A stretch of DNA of 64,000 nucleotides from Caldilineales bacterium (GTDB lineage Bacteria; Chloroflexota; Anaerolineae; J102). Under the pieces are notes generated by a model that did no database searches, was not told the DNA's origin, and worked only from the letters and a program-made list of their open reading frames with translations. Positions 26,857 to 36,091 of the stretch are shown one piece after another (positions within the stretch are counted from its first letter, which is position 1; every line of letters starts with the position of its first letter). Location: NCBI GenBank assembly GCA_037443945.1, contig JBBINH010000004.1:64976-128975 (forward strand), read 5' to 3'. Made by a program: the position numbers and the translations under genes.

Positions 26857-28032
26857 ATGACTTCGCTCGCTTTGTATCTCCATATCCCCTTTTGTCGGCG
26901 TAAATGTCCCTACTGCGATTTCAACACCTACGCCGGTCGTGAGGGGCGCTACGCAGCCTATGCGCAGGCCCTGGCCACCGATCTGGCCCGCGAGGGCTTG
27001 CGCCGGGGGCGCCCGGAAGTGCGCACGGTTTTCGTCGGCGGCGGCACTCCCACGGTGTTGGCGCCGGCGCAGTTGGAGAGGATTTGGTCGGGTTTGCAGC
27101 AGGGCTTTCGTCTGTTGCCCCAGGCCGAGATCACGGTAGAGGCCAATCCGGGTACGGTTGACCGCGAACGTTTCCAGGTCTTACGGCGGTTGGGCGTCAA
27201 CCGGCTGAGTCTAGGGGTGCAGTCGTTCGACGCCGACGAGCTGCGCTTTTTGGGCCGCATCCACGATGTCGACGACGCCGTCGTCGCCGTGAATTTGGCC
27301 CGCCGTGTGGGTTTCACCAATATCAATCTCGACCTGATATTCGGCCTGCCCAACCAGAATCCCCAGACCTGGGCGCGCAACCTGGAACGGGCGCTTGCCC
27401 TGGCGCCGGAGCATCTTTCCCTGTATAGCCTCACCGTAGAAGAGGGCACGCCGCTGGCGACATGGGTGGCCCAGGGGCGGGTGCCTGCGCCCGATCCTGA
27501 CCTGGCAGCCGAGCTGTACGAACTGGCCTGTGAGCGGTTGGAAAGGGCGGGCTATCATCACTACGAGATCTCGAACTGGGCCCGGGGTCCGTTGGAAGCC
27601 GACGGTTTGCCCCGGTTTGCCTCGCGCCACAATCTGGTCTATTGGCGGAACGAGGCCTATCTCGGTTTCGGCCCGGGCGCCCACAGCCATGAGAACGGCC
27701 GGCGTTGGGCCATCATCTCGGCACCGGAGGACTACATGCGCAGCGTCACCGTCGGTCCACCTCCGTGCGCGTTTGAGGAAATCCTCTCACCGGCCCTGGT
27801 CATGGGCGAAACGATGATGTTGGGCTTGCGTCTGGTCGAGGTGGGTGTCTCTCGCGAGGTGTTTCGACAGCGTTTTGGTTGCGATATCGCCGAAGTCTAC
27901 GGACAGGTTCTGGCCGAGTTCGGCGCACGCGGTTTGTTGGAGGTGACACCGGAGCGGGTACGGCTCAGCCGTCGGGGCTGGTTACTGGGGAATCGGGTGT
28001 TTGCCGCCTTCCTACCGGATGAAACGGAATGA
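26857..28032 (+). CDS. hemW: Radical SAM heme chaperone HemW (HemN-like coproporphyrinogen oxidase family).
   Basis: LYLHIPFCRRKCPYCDF radical SAM motif at N-terminus and HemN C-terminal domain. Confidence 0.8.
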   Translation: MTSLALYLHIPFCRRKCPYCDFNTYAGREGRYAAYAQALATDLAREGLRRGRPEVRTVFVGGGTPTVLAPAQLERIWSGLQQGFRLLPQAEITVEANPGTVDRERFQVLRRLGVNRLSLGVQSFDADELRFLGRIHDVDDAVVAVNLARRVGFTNINLDLIFGLPNQNPQTWARNLERALALAPEHLSLYSLTVEEGTPLATWVAQGRVPAPDPDLAAELYELACERLERAGYHHYEISNWARGPLEADGLPRFASRHNLVYWRNEAYLGFGPGAHSHENGRRWAIISAPEDYMRSVTVGPPPCAFEEILSPALVMGETMMLGLRLVEVGVSREVFRQRFGCDIAEVYGQVLAEFGARGLLEVTPERVRLSRRGWLLGNRVFAAFLPDETE

Positions 28033-28168
28033 CGCGGCCGGTTTGCAGCGGGTTGGCACCGGCGACCGGATGCGGTTATGATCCGGAGGCGTTCTTCGTC
28101 GGGCGGCATTGCCGGTCCGGGTTTTCGGTCCCTATCGCCCCGGTTTTCTCGGCTTCCGGAGGGATGCC

Positions 28169-29362
28169 ATGATTTTCGATCTCGTCTTTGAAGGCGGCGG
28201 TGCCAAAGGTATGAGCTTTGTCGGGGCCCTGGAGGCCTTCCAGGCACGCGGGCTGCGCTATGGTCGTTTGATGGGCACTTCGGCCGGCGCCATTATCGCC
28301 ACTTCGCTGGCCGCAGGCTACACCATCTCCGAAATCTACGAGGCCCTCAACGAGACGACGGCAGACGGTCAACCGGTGTTTGCCACGTTTCTGGCGCCGC
28401 CGCGCCCCTTCACCGAATCGGAGCTGGAGGCCAGCTCGCTACGCCGTTTTCTGGCCAGGGTGAACGTGCCCTTCCTGCCCGATTTCCTGGAACAACGGCT
28501 GGACGAGGCGATCGTGCGGGTTCTGGCGGGCGAACGATGGCGCGGGCTGTTGGCCTTTATCGAGCGCGGGGGCTGGTATTCGGCCGACCCCTTTGTGGCC
28601 TGGTTGCAACGCCGCCTCGATCAAGGCGAGTACAACGGGCATCCGCGGCGTTTCAGCGGCATGACACTGGCAGAGTTTTACCGGGCCACCGGTTACGATC
28701 TCACCCTCATCGCTGCCGATATCACTGCGAACAGGATGTTGGTGCTCAACCACCGCACGGCGCCCGATCTGCCGGTGGTATGGGCCGCGCGGATGTCCAT
28801 GAGCGTACCGCTGCTTTGGGAAGAGGTGCTATGGCAACGGGAATGGGGGTTGTATCGCGGTTGCGATCTGAGCGGACATGCCATTGTGGACGGCGGACTT
28901 TTGTCCAACTTTCCCATCGAGTTGTTCCTTTCGCAGGCGCCTCAGGTGACGGCCGTCATGGGAACGGGGCAGGGGCATGAGGTCCTGGGCTTTCTGATCG
29001 ACGAGGATCTGCCGGTTCCGGGTGCACCACCGCGTTTGCCCGCCGATGGGGATGGATTGAACCTAACGGAGCTGAACACGGTGCAGCGGCTGAAGCGTCT
29101 TGTGGATACGGCCATTCAGGCCCACGATAAGGCCGTGATCGAGGCCTTCGCCCATCTCGTTGTACGTCTGCCGGCACAGGGCTATGGCACAACCGAATTT
29201 GCCATGCCTCCGGAACGACGCCATGCCCTGATTGCTGCCGCCCGCGCGGTAACCCAGGCCTATTTGGATCGGCGCCTGGGTCCCATCGCCGGTGGGGAGG
29301 TCGAACCGTTGGACCCGGAAACCCTGGCTACAAAGCAGGCGCTGCGATGGTTGACCGAATGA
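28169..29362 (+). CDS. Patatin-like phospholipase.
   Basis: GGGAKG oxyanion motif and GTSAG serine lipase motif near the N-terminus. Confidence 0.75.
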   Translation: MIFDLVFEGGGAKGMSFVGALEAFQARGLRYGRLMGTSAGAIIATSLAAGYTISEIYEALNETTADGQPVFATFLAPPRPFTESELEASSLRRFLARVNVPFLPDFLEQRLDEAIVRVLAGERWRGLLAFIERGGWYSADPFVAWLQRRLDQGEYNGHPRRFSGMTLAEFYRATGYDLTLIAADITANRMLVLNHRTAPDLPVVWAARMSMSVPLLWEEVLWQREWGLYRGCDLSGHAIVDGGLLSNFPIELFLSQAPQVTAVMGTGQGHEVLGFLIDEDLPVPGAPPRLPADGDGLNLTELNTVQRLKRLVDTAIQAHDKAVIEAFAHLVVRLPAQGYGTTEFAMPPERRHALIAAARAVTQAYLDRRLGPIAGGEVEPLDPETLATKQALRWLTE

Positions 29363-29401
29363 AGCGGCCGGCCATCCGGCCGACATTCCTCCACAAGGAG
29401 G

Positions 29402-30670
29402 TTATTCCCCGGCATAGGCCCGCCGGACCTCTTCGGCAATGATGCGGATGCCGGCGGCGACGGTGTGTTCCTCTTGGGCATAGCTCACGCGCAGGCATTC
29501 GTGTTTATGGCGCCATTCCTCGCGCAGGCCCGGGAAGAAATAATGCCCCGGTACGACGATCACCCGTCGTTGTTTCAGTCGTTCGTACAAGGCCGCTGCT
29601 GGAATCGGTAGATCGGGGAACCACAACCAGAGGAAAAAGGCCCCTTCGGGTTTGTGCACGTAACAGGGCACGGCCTCACGGCCGGTACCCATGGCCTGAT
29701 ACACCTGCTCGACGGCATGGCGGGCCTTGTCGGCATAAAAAGGCCGGATAACCTTTTCGCTCAGGCGGATGATTTCGCCCGAACGCACCCACTCCAGCGC
29801 CAAAACGGCACCGGTATTGCCGGGGGCCAGACTGAAGATGGCGTTCAAGGAGGCAATAGCCTGGGCGATCTCAGGGCGGGCAATGACGATACCGGTGCGG
29901 GCGCCGGGGAGGCCCAGCTTCGATAGACTCATGCAGAGCACGATGTGTTCGTCCCAAATCGGTTGCACTGCGCTGAAGAGGATGGCCGGAAAAGGCGCAC
30001 CGTAGGCGTTGTCGATGATGAAGGGGATATCGGCCTCGCGTGCCAGCGCACTCAGGTGCTGCACCTCCTCATCGGTAAGCACGTTGCCGGTCGGATTTGT
30101 GGGCCGCGAGACGCATATGGCGCCGATGTCGGGTCCTAATGTCAAACCCTCGAAATGGACACGGTATTTGAACAGGCGGCCGTCAAGATACTCGATATCA
30201 GGCCGATGGGCGACGAACAAATCCGGCTGCAGACCCACGTCGGCATATCCGATGTACTCCGGGGCCAGCGGTAACAGAATGCGTTTGTGACTGCCGTCGG
30301 GATACCGACCCCCGAACAGGTTGAACAGATAGAAGAAGGCGGTTTGGCTGCCGTTGGTCAGAGCGATGTGTTCGGGGCCGATAGGCCAACCGTACTCGCG
30401 GCGCAGCAGGGCAGCCAGCTCACGGATGAAAGCGATCTCACCCTGTGGCGGGCTGTAGTTACCCACCATGCGTTCAAAGCTTTCTTCATCTTCGAGGATG
30501 GCCATCATGCGTTGGCGCAAGGCCATTTGCACGGTCGGTATGGCGGCCGGATTTCCGCCTCCGAGCATCATCGTCGGTTCGTCTCCGGCCAGCGCATGTC
30601 CCAAGTCGTCCATCAACTGGAGGATGCCGGTGGGTGTGGTGAACTGGTGACCGAAGCTGGAGAGCTGCAT
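29402..30670 (-). CDS. avtA: Valine-pyruvate aminotransferase-like class I/II aminotransferase.
   Basis: N-terminus ...[10 protein letters not shown]...[16 protein letters not shown] closely follows the AvtA pattern. Start at ATG 30668-30670. Confidence 0.7.
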   Translation of the reverse strand: MQLSSFGHQFTTPTGILQLMDDLGHALAGDEPTMMLGGGNPAAIPTVQMALRQRMMAILEDEESFERMVGNYSPPQGEIAFIRELAALLRREYGWPIGPEHIALTNGSQTAFFYLFNLFGGRYPDGSHKRILLPLAPEYIGYADVGLQPDLFVAHRPDIEYLDGRLFKYRVHFEGLTLGPDIGAICVSRPTNPTGNVLTDEEVQHLSALAREADIPFIIDNAYGAPFPAILFSAVQPIWDEHIVLCMSLSKLGLPGARTGIVIARPEIAQAIASLNAIFSLAPGNTGAVLALEWVRSGEIIRLSEKVIRPFYADKARHAVEQVYQAMGTGREAVPCYVHKPEGAFFLWLWFPDLPIPAAALYERLKQRRVIVVPGHYFFPGLREEWRHKHECLRVSYAQEEHTVAAGIRIIAEEVRRAYAGE

Positions 30671-30901
30671 GGAGTTATTCGGGAGAGAGGGGAGAGGGGG
30701 ATGAATCGGTCGGTATCTGAAGTTGAGCCGCAGGAAGTATACCATTATCCGGGGTATTGCGCATTCCGGCGCCGGACGCGGCGGGTCCACGCCTCGCCCG
30801 GCGCCGCTTTGCGGGGTGGGACCTACTGCGGGTGGCGCCGATTTGCATGCTTGGCCGTACGCGTGGCTTGGGGGTGCGACGCGTGGCGATTCCAACCGCC
30901 T

Positions 30902-31783
30902 CTATTCGAGCGCCAACGCCCGCACCAGGTTCTCGACCGCGTTCTCGTCATCAGGACGTGGCACATCGGCATACACCTCCCACGTCTCCTCATGCGAGAC
31001 GGTCGCCCCGCGTGCAAGCACTTGCAGAGGGCCCAGCGTCTCCAGCTCCAGGCAACGGTGATCGGCGTAGCATTCGCTGGAGCTGCCCTCATCCACATAG
31101 GTCGCCCGCGCATCGTAGCTTGCACGCTTGACAAAAAGAAAGCCGTTCCACCAATAGGCCAGCCAACCGCGCGGATTGGGAAAGCCGATCTTGAACGGTG
31201 AGCTCATGCGCGCCGTGACCAGCAGGTAGCGATTGCCCCAACGCAGCCATGGACTCCCGATATCGGTGTATGGCCAGATGGCCAACCGGCGATTGGGCAA
31301 AACGCCCGTCTGGGCCTGCGATTGCGGCAGAATCGCCACCCCTCCCGTTTGGAGTTGGGTGATGGCCCAAGGAGCACAAGAAACAGGCCATGGCCCCAGA
31401 TGGCTCAAGGTGTGGGTGACGAAGACCCGGGGAGATTCGTCTACCAGGCGCACCGTTATCGTCTTGCGAATGCCGGTGGCATCCTCCCAACGCGAGATGC
31501 ACACACCGCCGGGCACTTCCGCGATCTCTACCGGGTCATCCTCGGGCAGATACGTGCGATCGGGTTCTTCCGGCGCGTGCCAGAGCCGATGACCCCCGTA
31601 CAGACGATAGCGTCGTCCATCGGGCAGGGGAAGGGTCTCATCGGGGAGCTCGGCGAAGAGATTGCTGCCCCCGTGCGGGATGAGGGCCAGCACGCGTGGC
31701 CCTGCCGACCGCATCACCAGCAGACGCAAGGCCGCGTTTTCCAGAATCAGGCAAGGTTGACCGAGAAAGGAAACCGTATCCAT
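30902..31783 (-). CDS. Hypothetical protein.
   Basis: Long ORF, no recognised motif. MITE copy 2 lies 150 bp beyond its 5' end. Confidence 0.4.
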   Translation of the reverse strand: MDTVSFLGQPCLILENAALRLLVMRSAGPRVLALIPHGGSNLFAELPDETLPLPDGRRYRLYGGHRLWHAPEEPDRTYLPEDDPVEIAEVPGGVCISRWEDATGIRKTITVRLVDESPRVFVTHTLSHLGPWPVSCAPWAITQLQTGGVAILPQSQAQTGVLPNRRLAIWPYTDIGSPWLRWGNRYLLVTARMSSPFKIGFPNPRGWLAYWWNGFLFVKRASYDARATYVDEGSSSECYADHRCLELETLGPLQVLARGATVSHEETWEVYADVPRPDDENAVENLVRALALE

Positions 31784-31930
31784 GCTTCGGACCAGACGTT
31801 AAGACAATCAGGCAGCATCCGGTGGACGGCTCAAAGTTCCTGGCAACCCATGATGACATCATCTGTACGTAAGTCTCCCTTCAGATGGCTCACCCATCCT
31901 ACCACAGCCGTGCTTGCCGTCAAGTTTCGA

Positions 31931-32024
31931 GACTCGGTTCCGGAGTGTGTTGGCGCAAGAGGGGCAGGCAGGCATAACGTTCTAACGTTCAAACGTTCTC
32001 TCCGACAAAAGATAGAACCGAGTC
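31931..32024 (-). mobile_element. MITE-like element, copy 2 (94 bp, inverted orientation) with perfect 8-bp target-site duplication AGTTTCGA.
   Basis: TIRs GACTCGGTTC / GAACCGAGTC. AGTTTCGA at 31923-31930 and 32025-32032 directly flanks the element. Internal array has 3 GAACGTTN units. Confidence 0.8.
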
Positions 32025-32212
32025 AGTTTCGATGCCATCCCGAGGAGACAGCACAGCAAGCCTCGAAAAGATTGTGCAACGGTCCCGATGCTGCCGTTGG
32101 CAAGCTGGATCGCAGATCGAAGGTCGGTTTTGCGCTTTGATATGTTCGTTGTCGTCACAACCGGCCTCCTGGTCATATGGCCGATCGCTTCCCCGACGCC
32201 TATTGGTTATAA

Positions 32213-33022
32213 TTGGCAATGTTGCGGCCGTGGGTGCATAGGCGGATGCGATCTGGGTTGTTGCTACGATTGCATTCCTACGCTATGAGTGTTGCGGATA
32301 CCCGGCAACGTTTGGCATTGTGGTCGGTAATTCCCTACGGGACCCGAGGCATCCACCGGGTCGGCGATTATCTGATCATCGGTTTGGAAACGGCGCCGGC
32401 CGATCTCGCTCACAGTCATCTGATCGACGAGTGGGCGACCTGTCTGGCCGAAGTTTGCCGACACGATGATCTTGCTCTGCGCGCCCATCTGGGCGATGGC
32501 CTGACAACCGGCGGTCTTGCCACCCTGGCCCTGGCCGCATTGCAAGGGGAACTGTTCTTGCCCCAGGTCGAGAGATGTTGGGTCCCTTTGGCCGAGCTGT
32601 TGAGCACCGCTCCCGAGCATCTACGCGCAGCCGTGGCGGTGCGCTTGCCGTGTGGTGACGAGGCCTACGGCAGCGCCTTTATCGTTACGCCCACCGTGCG
32701 GGGCATCACCACCGCCCTGCAGGCCGTAGCCGCCTCCATCCGGCTCGACCGAAAACAGCGCCTGGTCAAGGCGGTCGGCTTGGCCCTGTTACCTCGCTGC
32801 GGTTCGATCGTCGTCACGGCCTTGGCCGAGACGGTGTTGCGCGGTCAGGCCGTCACGGTGGCAGCCATTGCCCAGGCGGCCCAGGCCGTTCAGGCCCAAA
32901 CCCAGGAGGTGCTGGGCCCCGGTATCCCTTCATCCGCCTTTCCCGTCTCGATGACGGCCCACCTGGTGCGCAAGGCCTTGGACCGGGCGGCGGCGCGAGC
33001 CCTGGCCATGTTGGCGGCCTGA
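32213..33022 (+). CDS. Hypothetical protein (Ala/Leu-rich).
   Basis: ORF only; start uncertain (alternative start near 32285). Confidence 0.3.
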   Translation: MAMLRPWVHRRMRSGLLLRLHSYAMSVADTRQRLALWSVIPYGTRGIHRVGDYLIIGLETAPADLAHSHLIDEWATCLAEVCRHDDLALRAHLGDGLTTGGLATLALAALQGELFLPQVERCWVPLAELLSTAPEHLRAAVAVRLPCGDEAYGSAFIVTPTVRGITTALQAVAASIRLDRKQRLVKAVGLALLPRCGSIVVTALAETVLRGQAVTVAAIAQAAQAVQAQTQEVLGPGIPSSAFPVSMTAHLVRKALDRAAARALAMLAA

Positions 33023-33034
33023 GGCGACCTGACC

Positions 33035-33319
33035 ATGATCCGCGTGACCGTGCGCGTGGGGGAACCGCTAAGGCGAGCTTTGGGGCGCACCCGGCTCGAT
33101 CTAAGCCTGGCGCCCGGCACCACGCTGGCCGATCTGTTGGAGCATCTGGCGACGACGTATCCTGACTTTACCCGACGTTATCGTGGGGATGACCTGGGCC
33201 ATCCCTATCCGTATCGACTGTTCCTCAACCGTCAGGCTATAGGCACGGCCGAGGCCGCCTCGCGAATCCTAGCCGATGGCGATCAGGTGCACATTCTGAT
33301 CCCGGTAGGGGGTGGTTGA
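33035..33319 (+). CDS. MoaD/ThiS-family ubiquitin-like small sulfur-carrier-type protein (C-terminal Gly-Gly).
   Basis: 94 aa, ends ...ILIPVGGG. Beta-grasp-like pattern. Confidence 0.5.
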   Translation: MIRVTVRVGEPLRRALGRTRLDLSLAPGTTLADLLEHLATTYPDFTRRYRGDDLGHPYPYRLFLNRQAIGTAEAASRILADGDQVHILIPVGGG

Positions 33320-33918
33320 TGGGCGGAGCGGTGCTGCCGCGGTCGTTCTATGCGCGTTCGGCCGTGCTCGTGGCGCCGGACTTGCTGGGTTGTGTGCTCG
33401 TGCGGCGGCTGGCCGGGCGACGGCTGGCCGGGCGCATCGTTGAAACCGAGGCTTATCTCGGCGCCGAGGACGCCGCCTCCCATGCCTACCGCGGCCCTAC
33501 CCTGCGCAACCGGACCATGTTCGGCCCGCCCGGCCATGCCTATGTCTATTTCATCTACGGCAACCACTTCTGTCTCAACGTCGTGACCGGTGCCGTCGGT
33601 GAGGGCCAGGCCGTACTGATCCGGGCTCTGGAGCCCCTCGATGGCATCGAGGTGATGCAGGTACAGCGCCGCCGCACCGCCGTCATCGAGCTGACCAACG
33701 GTCCCGGCAAGCTCTGTCAGGCTCTGGCCATTGACCGCCGTCTGGACGGCCATGACCTCACCTTGGGCGAGACGCTCTGGCTGGAGGCAGGACCAGAGCC
33801 CGTCGGCCCCGTCCTCTCCGGGCCACGCGTGGGCGTGCGCGGGGATGCTGAGGCCCTCACCGCACCTTGGCGGTTTTACCTGGACGGCAATCCCTTTGTC
33901 TCGCGCCGAAGGGCGTAA
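33319..33918 (+). CDS. mpg: DNA-3-methyladenine glycosylase (Mpg/AAG family).
   Basis: ETEAYLG...DAASHAYRG...GHAYVYFIYGNHFCLNVV motifs. ATG overlaps upstream stop (TGATG). Confidence 0.8.
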   Translation: MGGAVLPRSFYARSAVLVAPDLLGCVLVRRLAGRRLAGRIVETEAYLGAEDAASHAYRGPTLRNRTMFGPPGHAYVYFIYGNHFCLNVVTGAVGEGQAVLIRALEPLDGIEVMQVQRRRTAVIELTNGPGKLCQALAIDRRLDGHDLTLGETLWLEAGPEPVGPVLSGPRVGVRGDAEALTAPWRFYLDGNPFVSRRRA

Positions 33919-33960
33919 CGCCTTCCGCCATGGCCGCAACCGAGCCCAATAGGGGCCGGG

Positions 33961-35289
33961 TCAATCTGCCAATCGTCGGCGCAAGAACAGCAGCAAAACG
34001 ACCATCTCGACAAGCGTGGCCAGCGAATTGGCCAGGGCCAGACCGCCGTGGGCAAGGGGGCGAATGAGGAGCAGGCTGAGGACGATGTTCAGCGCCATGG
34101 TCGCTACCCCGACAAGGACGGGTGTCAGGGTGTCCTTGAGGGCATAAAAGGCGCGGGCCACAATCTCGACCACGACATGCCCGATCAGACCCGGTGCAAA
34201 AAAGGCCAGGGCAAAGCCGGTGAGGGCTACGGCATTGGCATCGAAGGCCCCGCGGCGGAAGAAAAGCACGATCAGGGGTTCGCGCAGCCAGAAGAGAACC
34301 AGCGCCGCCGGCACACTCGCCGCCAGAAGCAGGCCCAAGATGCCCTTCAGGGTTGTCCGCATCGCCGCGCGTTGGCCCAAGGCGGCCTGATGGGCGAAGG
34401 TAGGAAAGGCAGCCGTGGCCACCGATTGCGCCAGAACGCCTTGAGGCAGGAGCATGAGCAACCAGGCGTAATTGAGCGCGCTGATCGAGCCGGGCGGCAG
34501 GTGGGAGGCCAGGAACACATTGACCAGAAAGTTGAGCTGGACAACGGCCAAACCCAGCACGCGCGGGGCCATCAGCCGCAAGACCTCGCGCACGCCGGGG
34601 TCGGTCAGGCTGAGGGTCGGCCGGCCCCGCATACCGACCCGACGCAGACCGGGGATCTGCACCAGGAGATGGCCGAGGGCGCCCCCAACCACGCCGATCA
34701 CCAACCCCCGGATCCCCAGGACCGGCGCCAGCAGCCAGGCCGCCAGGATGATGGCCAGATTATAGACCACCGGCGCCAGCGCCGGCAGCAGAAAGTGCTG
34801 AAAGCTCTGCAGGATGCCCATCACCAGACCGCTCAGGCCGAAAACGACCGTGCCGATCAGCATCCCGCGCAAAAGCTCGACGGTGAGCTGCTGTTGTGCC
34901 GGGCTGAAACCGGGTGCAATCAGATGGGCCACCAGAGGACGGGCCAGGAGGGCTGCCAGCAAAGCCAGCAGCGTCAGTGTCATCACCAGCAGGGTGGCCA
35001 CTTTGGCGGCCAGGTCCCAGGCAGCCGCCGTGCGACCATGGGCCAGGCGTTCGCCAAAGGTCGGGATAAAGGCCGAGGCCAGAGCGCCTCCCGCCACCAG
35101 GTTGAAAAGCAAGTCGGGCAGCCGAAAAGCAGCCAGATAGGCATCCAACTCGGCGCCGGCGCCGAAACGGGCGCCGATGATCATCTCCCGCACCAGCCCC
35201 AGACCGCGGCTTAGGATGAACAAACTCATGACCACGCCCGTGGCGCGGGCAATGCGCACGAGCGAAGAGGCAGACGAGGAGGCAGTCAT
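33961..35289 (-). CDS. murJ: MurJ/MviN-family lipid II flippase-like polytopic membrane protein.
   Basis: N-terminus ILSRGLGLVREMIIGARFGAGAELDAYLAAFRLPDLLFNLVAGGALASAFIPTF matches the MurJ signature. 442 aa is somewhat short for MurJ. Confidence 0.6.
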   Translation of the reverse strand: MTASSSASSLVRIARATGVVMSLFILSRGLGLVREMIIGARFGAGAELDAYLAAFRLPDLLFNLVAGGALASAFIPTFGERLAHGRTAAAWDLAAKVATLLVMTLTLLALLAALLARPLVAHLIAPGFSPAQQQLTVELLRGMLIGTVVFGLSGLVMGILQSFQHFLLPALAPVVYNLAIILAAWLLAPVLGIRGLVIGVVGGALGHLLVQIPGLRRVGMRGRPTLSLTDPGVREVLRLMAPRVLGLAVVQLNFLVNVFLASHLPPGSISALNYAWLLMLLPQGVLAQSVATAAFPTFAHQAALGQRAAMRTTLKGILGLLLAASVPAALVLFWLREPLIVLFFRRGAFDANAVALTGFALAFFAPGLIGHVVVEIVARAFYALKDTLTPVLVGVATMALNIVLSLLLIRPLAHGGLALANSLATLVEMVVLLLFLRRRLAD

Positions 35290-35448
35290 AGGTCTGTAGT
35301 GTGGGGGATGAACCCAGGTCCTGTCAAAAAGGCAGGTGCCATGCTCCCCGATAGGATTTGCCTGCGCGTCTCGGTTGAATCCGGTTGGCTATGTTACACT
35401 CCGGGATGTCCGTTCCCTTTTCGCCTCGCTTTCCTTTGGCTTCGCCCT

Positions 35449-36000
35449 ATGCATAACGACATTGCCGAGATCCTGATTACCGAAGAACAGCTCCAGCGCC
35501 GCGTGCGCGAGCTGGCCGCCGAGATTTCGGCCGCCTACGCCGATAAGGAGCCGCTGCTTGTGGCCGTTCTCAAGGGAGGTGTGGTCTTTATGGCCGATCT
35601 CATGCGCCATCTGACCATTCATCATGCCATCGACTTTATGGCCACGTCGAGCTACGGCGCTGCCACCGAGAGCTCCGGGGTTGTCCGCATCCTCAAAGAC
35701 CTGGAGGAACCGATCGAGGGATTGGATGTGCTGGTGGTAGAGGACATCGTCGACAGCGGCAACACCCTGGACTATCTCCGGCGTCTGTTGTTGGCCCGCA
35801 ACCCGGCCAGCCTGCGCATCGTGGCCCTTCTCAGCAAACCCAGCCGTCGTTGCGTGGACGTGCCCATTGACTGGATCGGTTTTGAGATCCCCGACCGCTT
35901 TGTCGTGGGTTACGGTCTCGATTTCGCCGAACGGTATCGCAATCTGCCTTTCATTGCCGTACTCAAACCCGAAGCCTATGCCCGTGGCCCCGCCGGCTAG
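35449..36000 (+). CDS. hpt: Hypoxanthine-guanine phosphoribosyltransferase.
   Basis: PRPP-binding motif VLVVEDIVDSGNTL. Start at ATG 35449. Confidence 0.85.
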   Translation: MHNDIAEILITEEQLQRRVRELAAEISAAYADKEPLLVAVLKGGVVFMADLMRHLTIHHAIDFMATSSYGAATESSGVVRILKDLEEPIEGLDVLVVEDIVDSGNTLDYLRRLLLARNPASLRIVALLSKPSRRCVDVPIDWIGFEIPDRFVVGYGLDFAERYRNLPFIAVLKPEAYARGPAG

Positions 36001-36091
36001 GCCGTGCTGAGGGTCATAAGCTATTCGGTCGACACGTAGGCAGTTTACCCGCTTGGCGTCTCTGTGTCGGGGGGTGCCGATGCATCCATCC

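Noticed and set aside
31322-32140. ORF 31322-32140 (+) and ORF 45346-45648 (-) sharing the peptide [19 protein letters not shown].
   Set aside because: The shared peptide is the translation of the MITE copies. These ORFs are read-through artefacts of the repeat, not paralogous genes.
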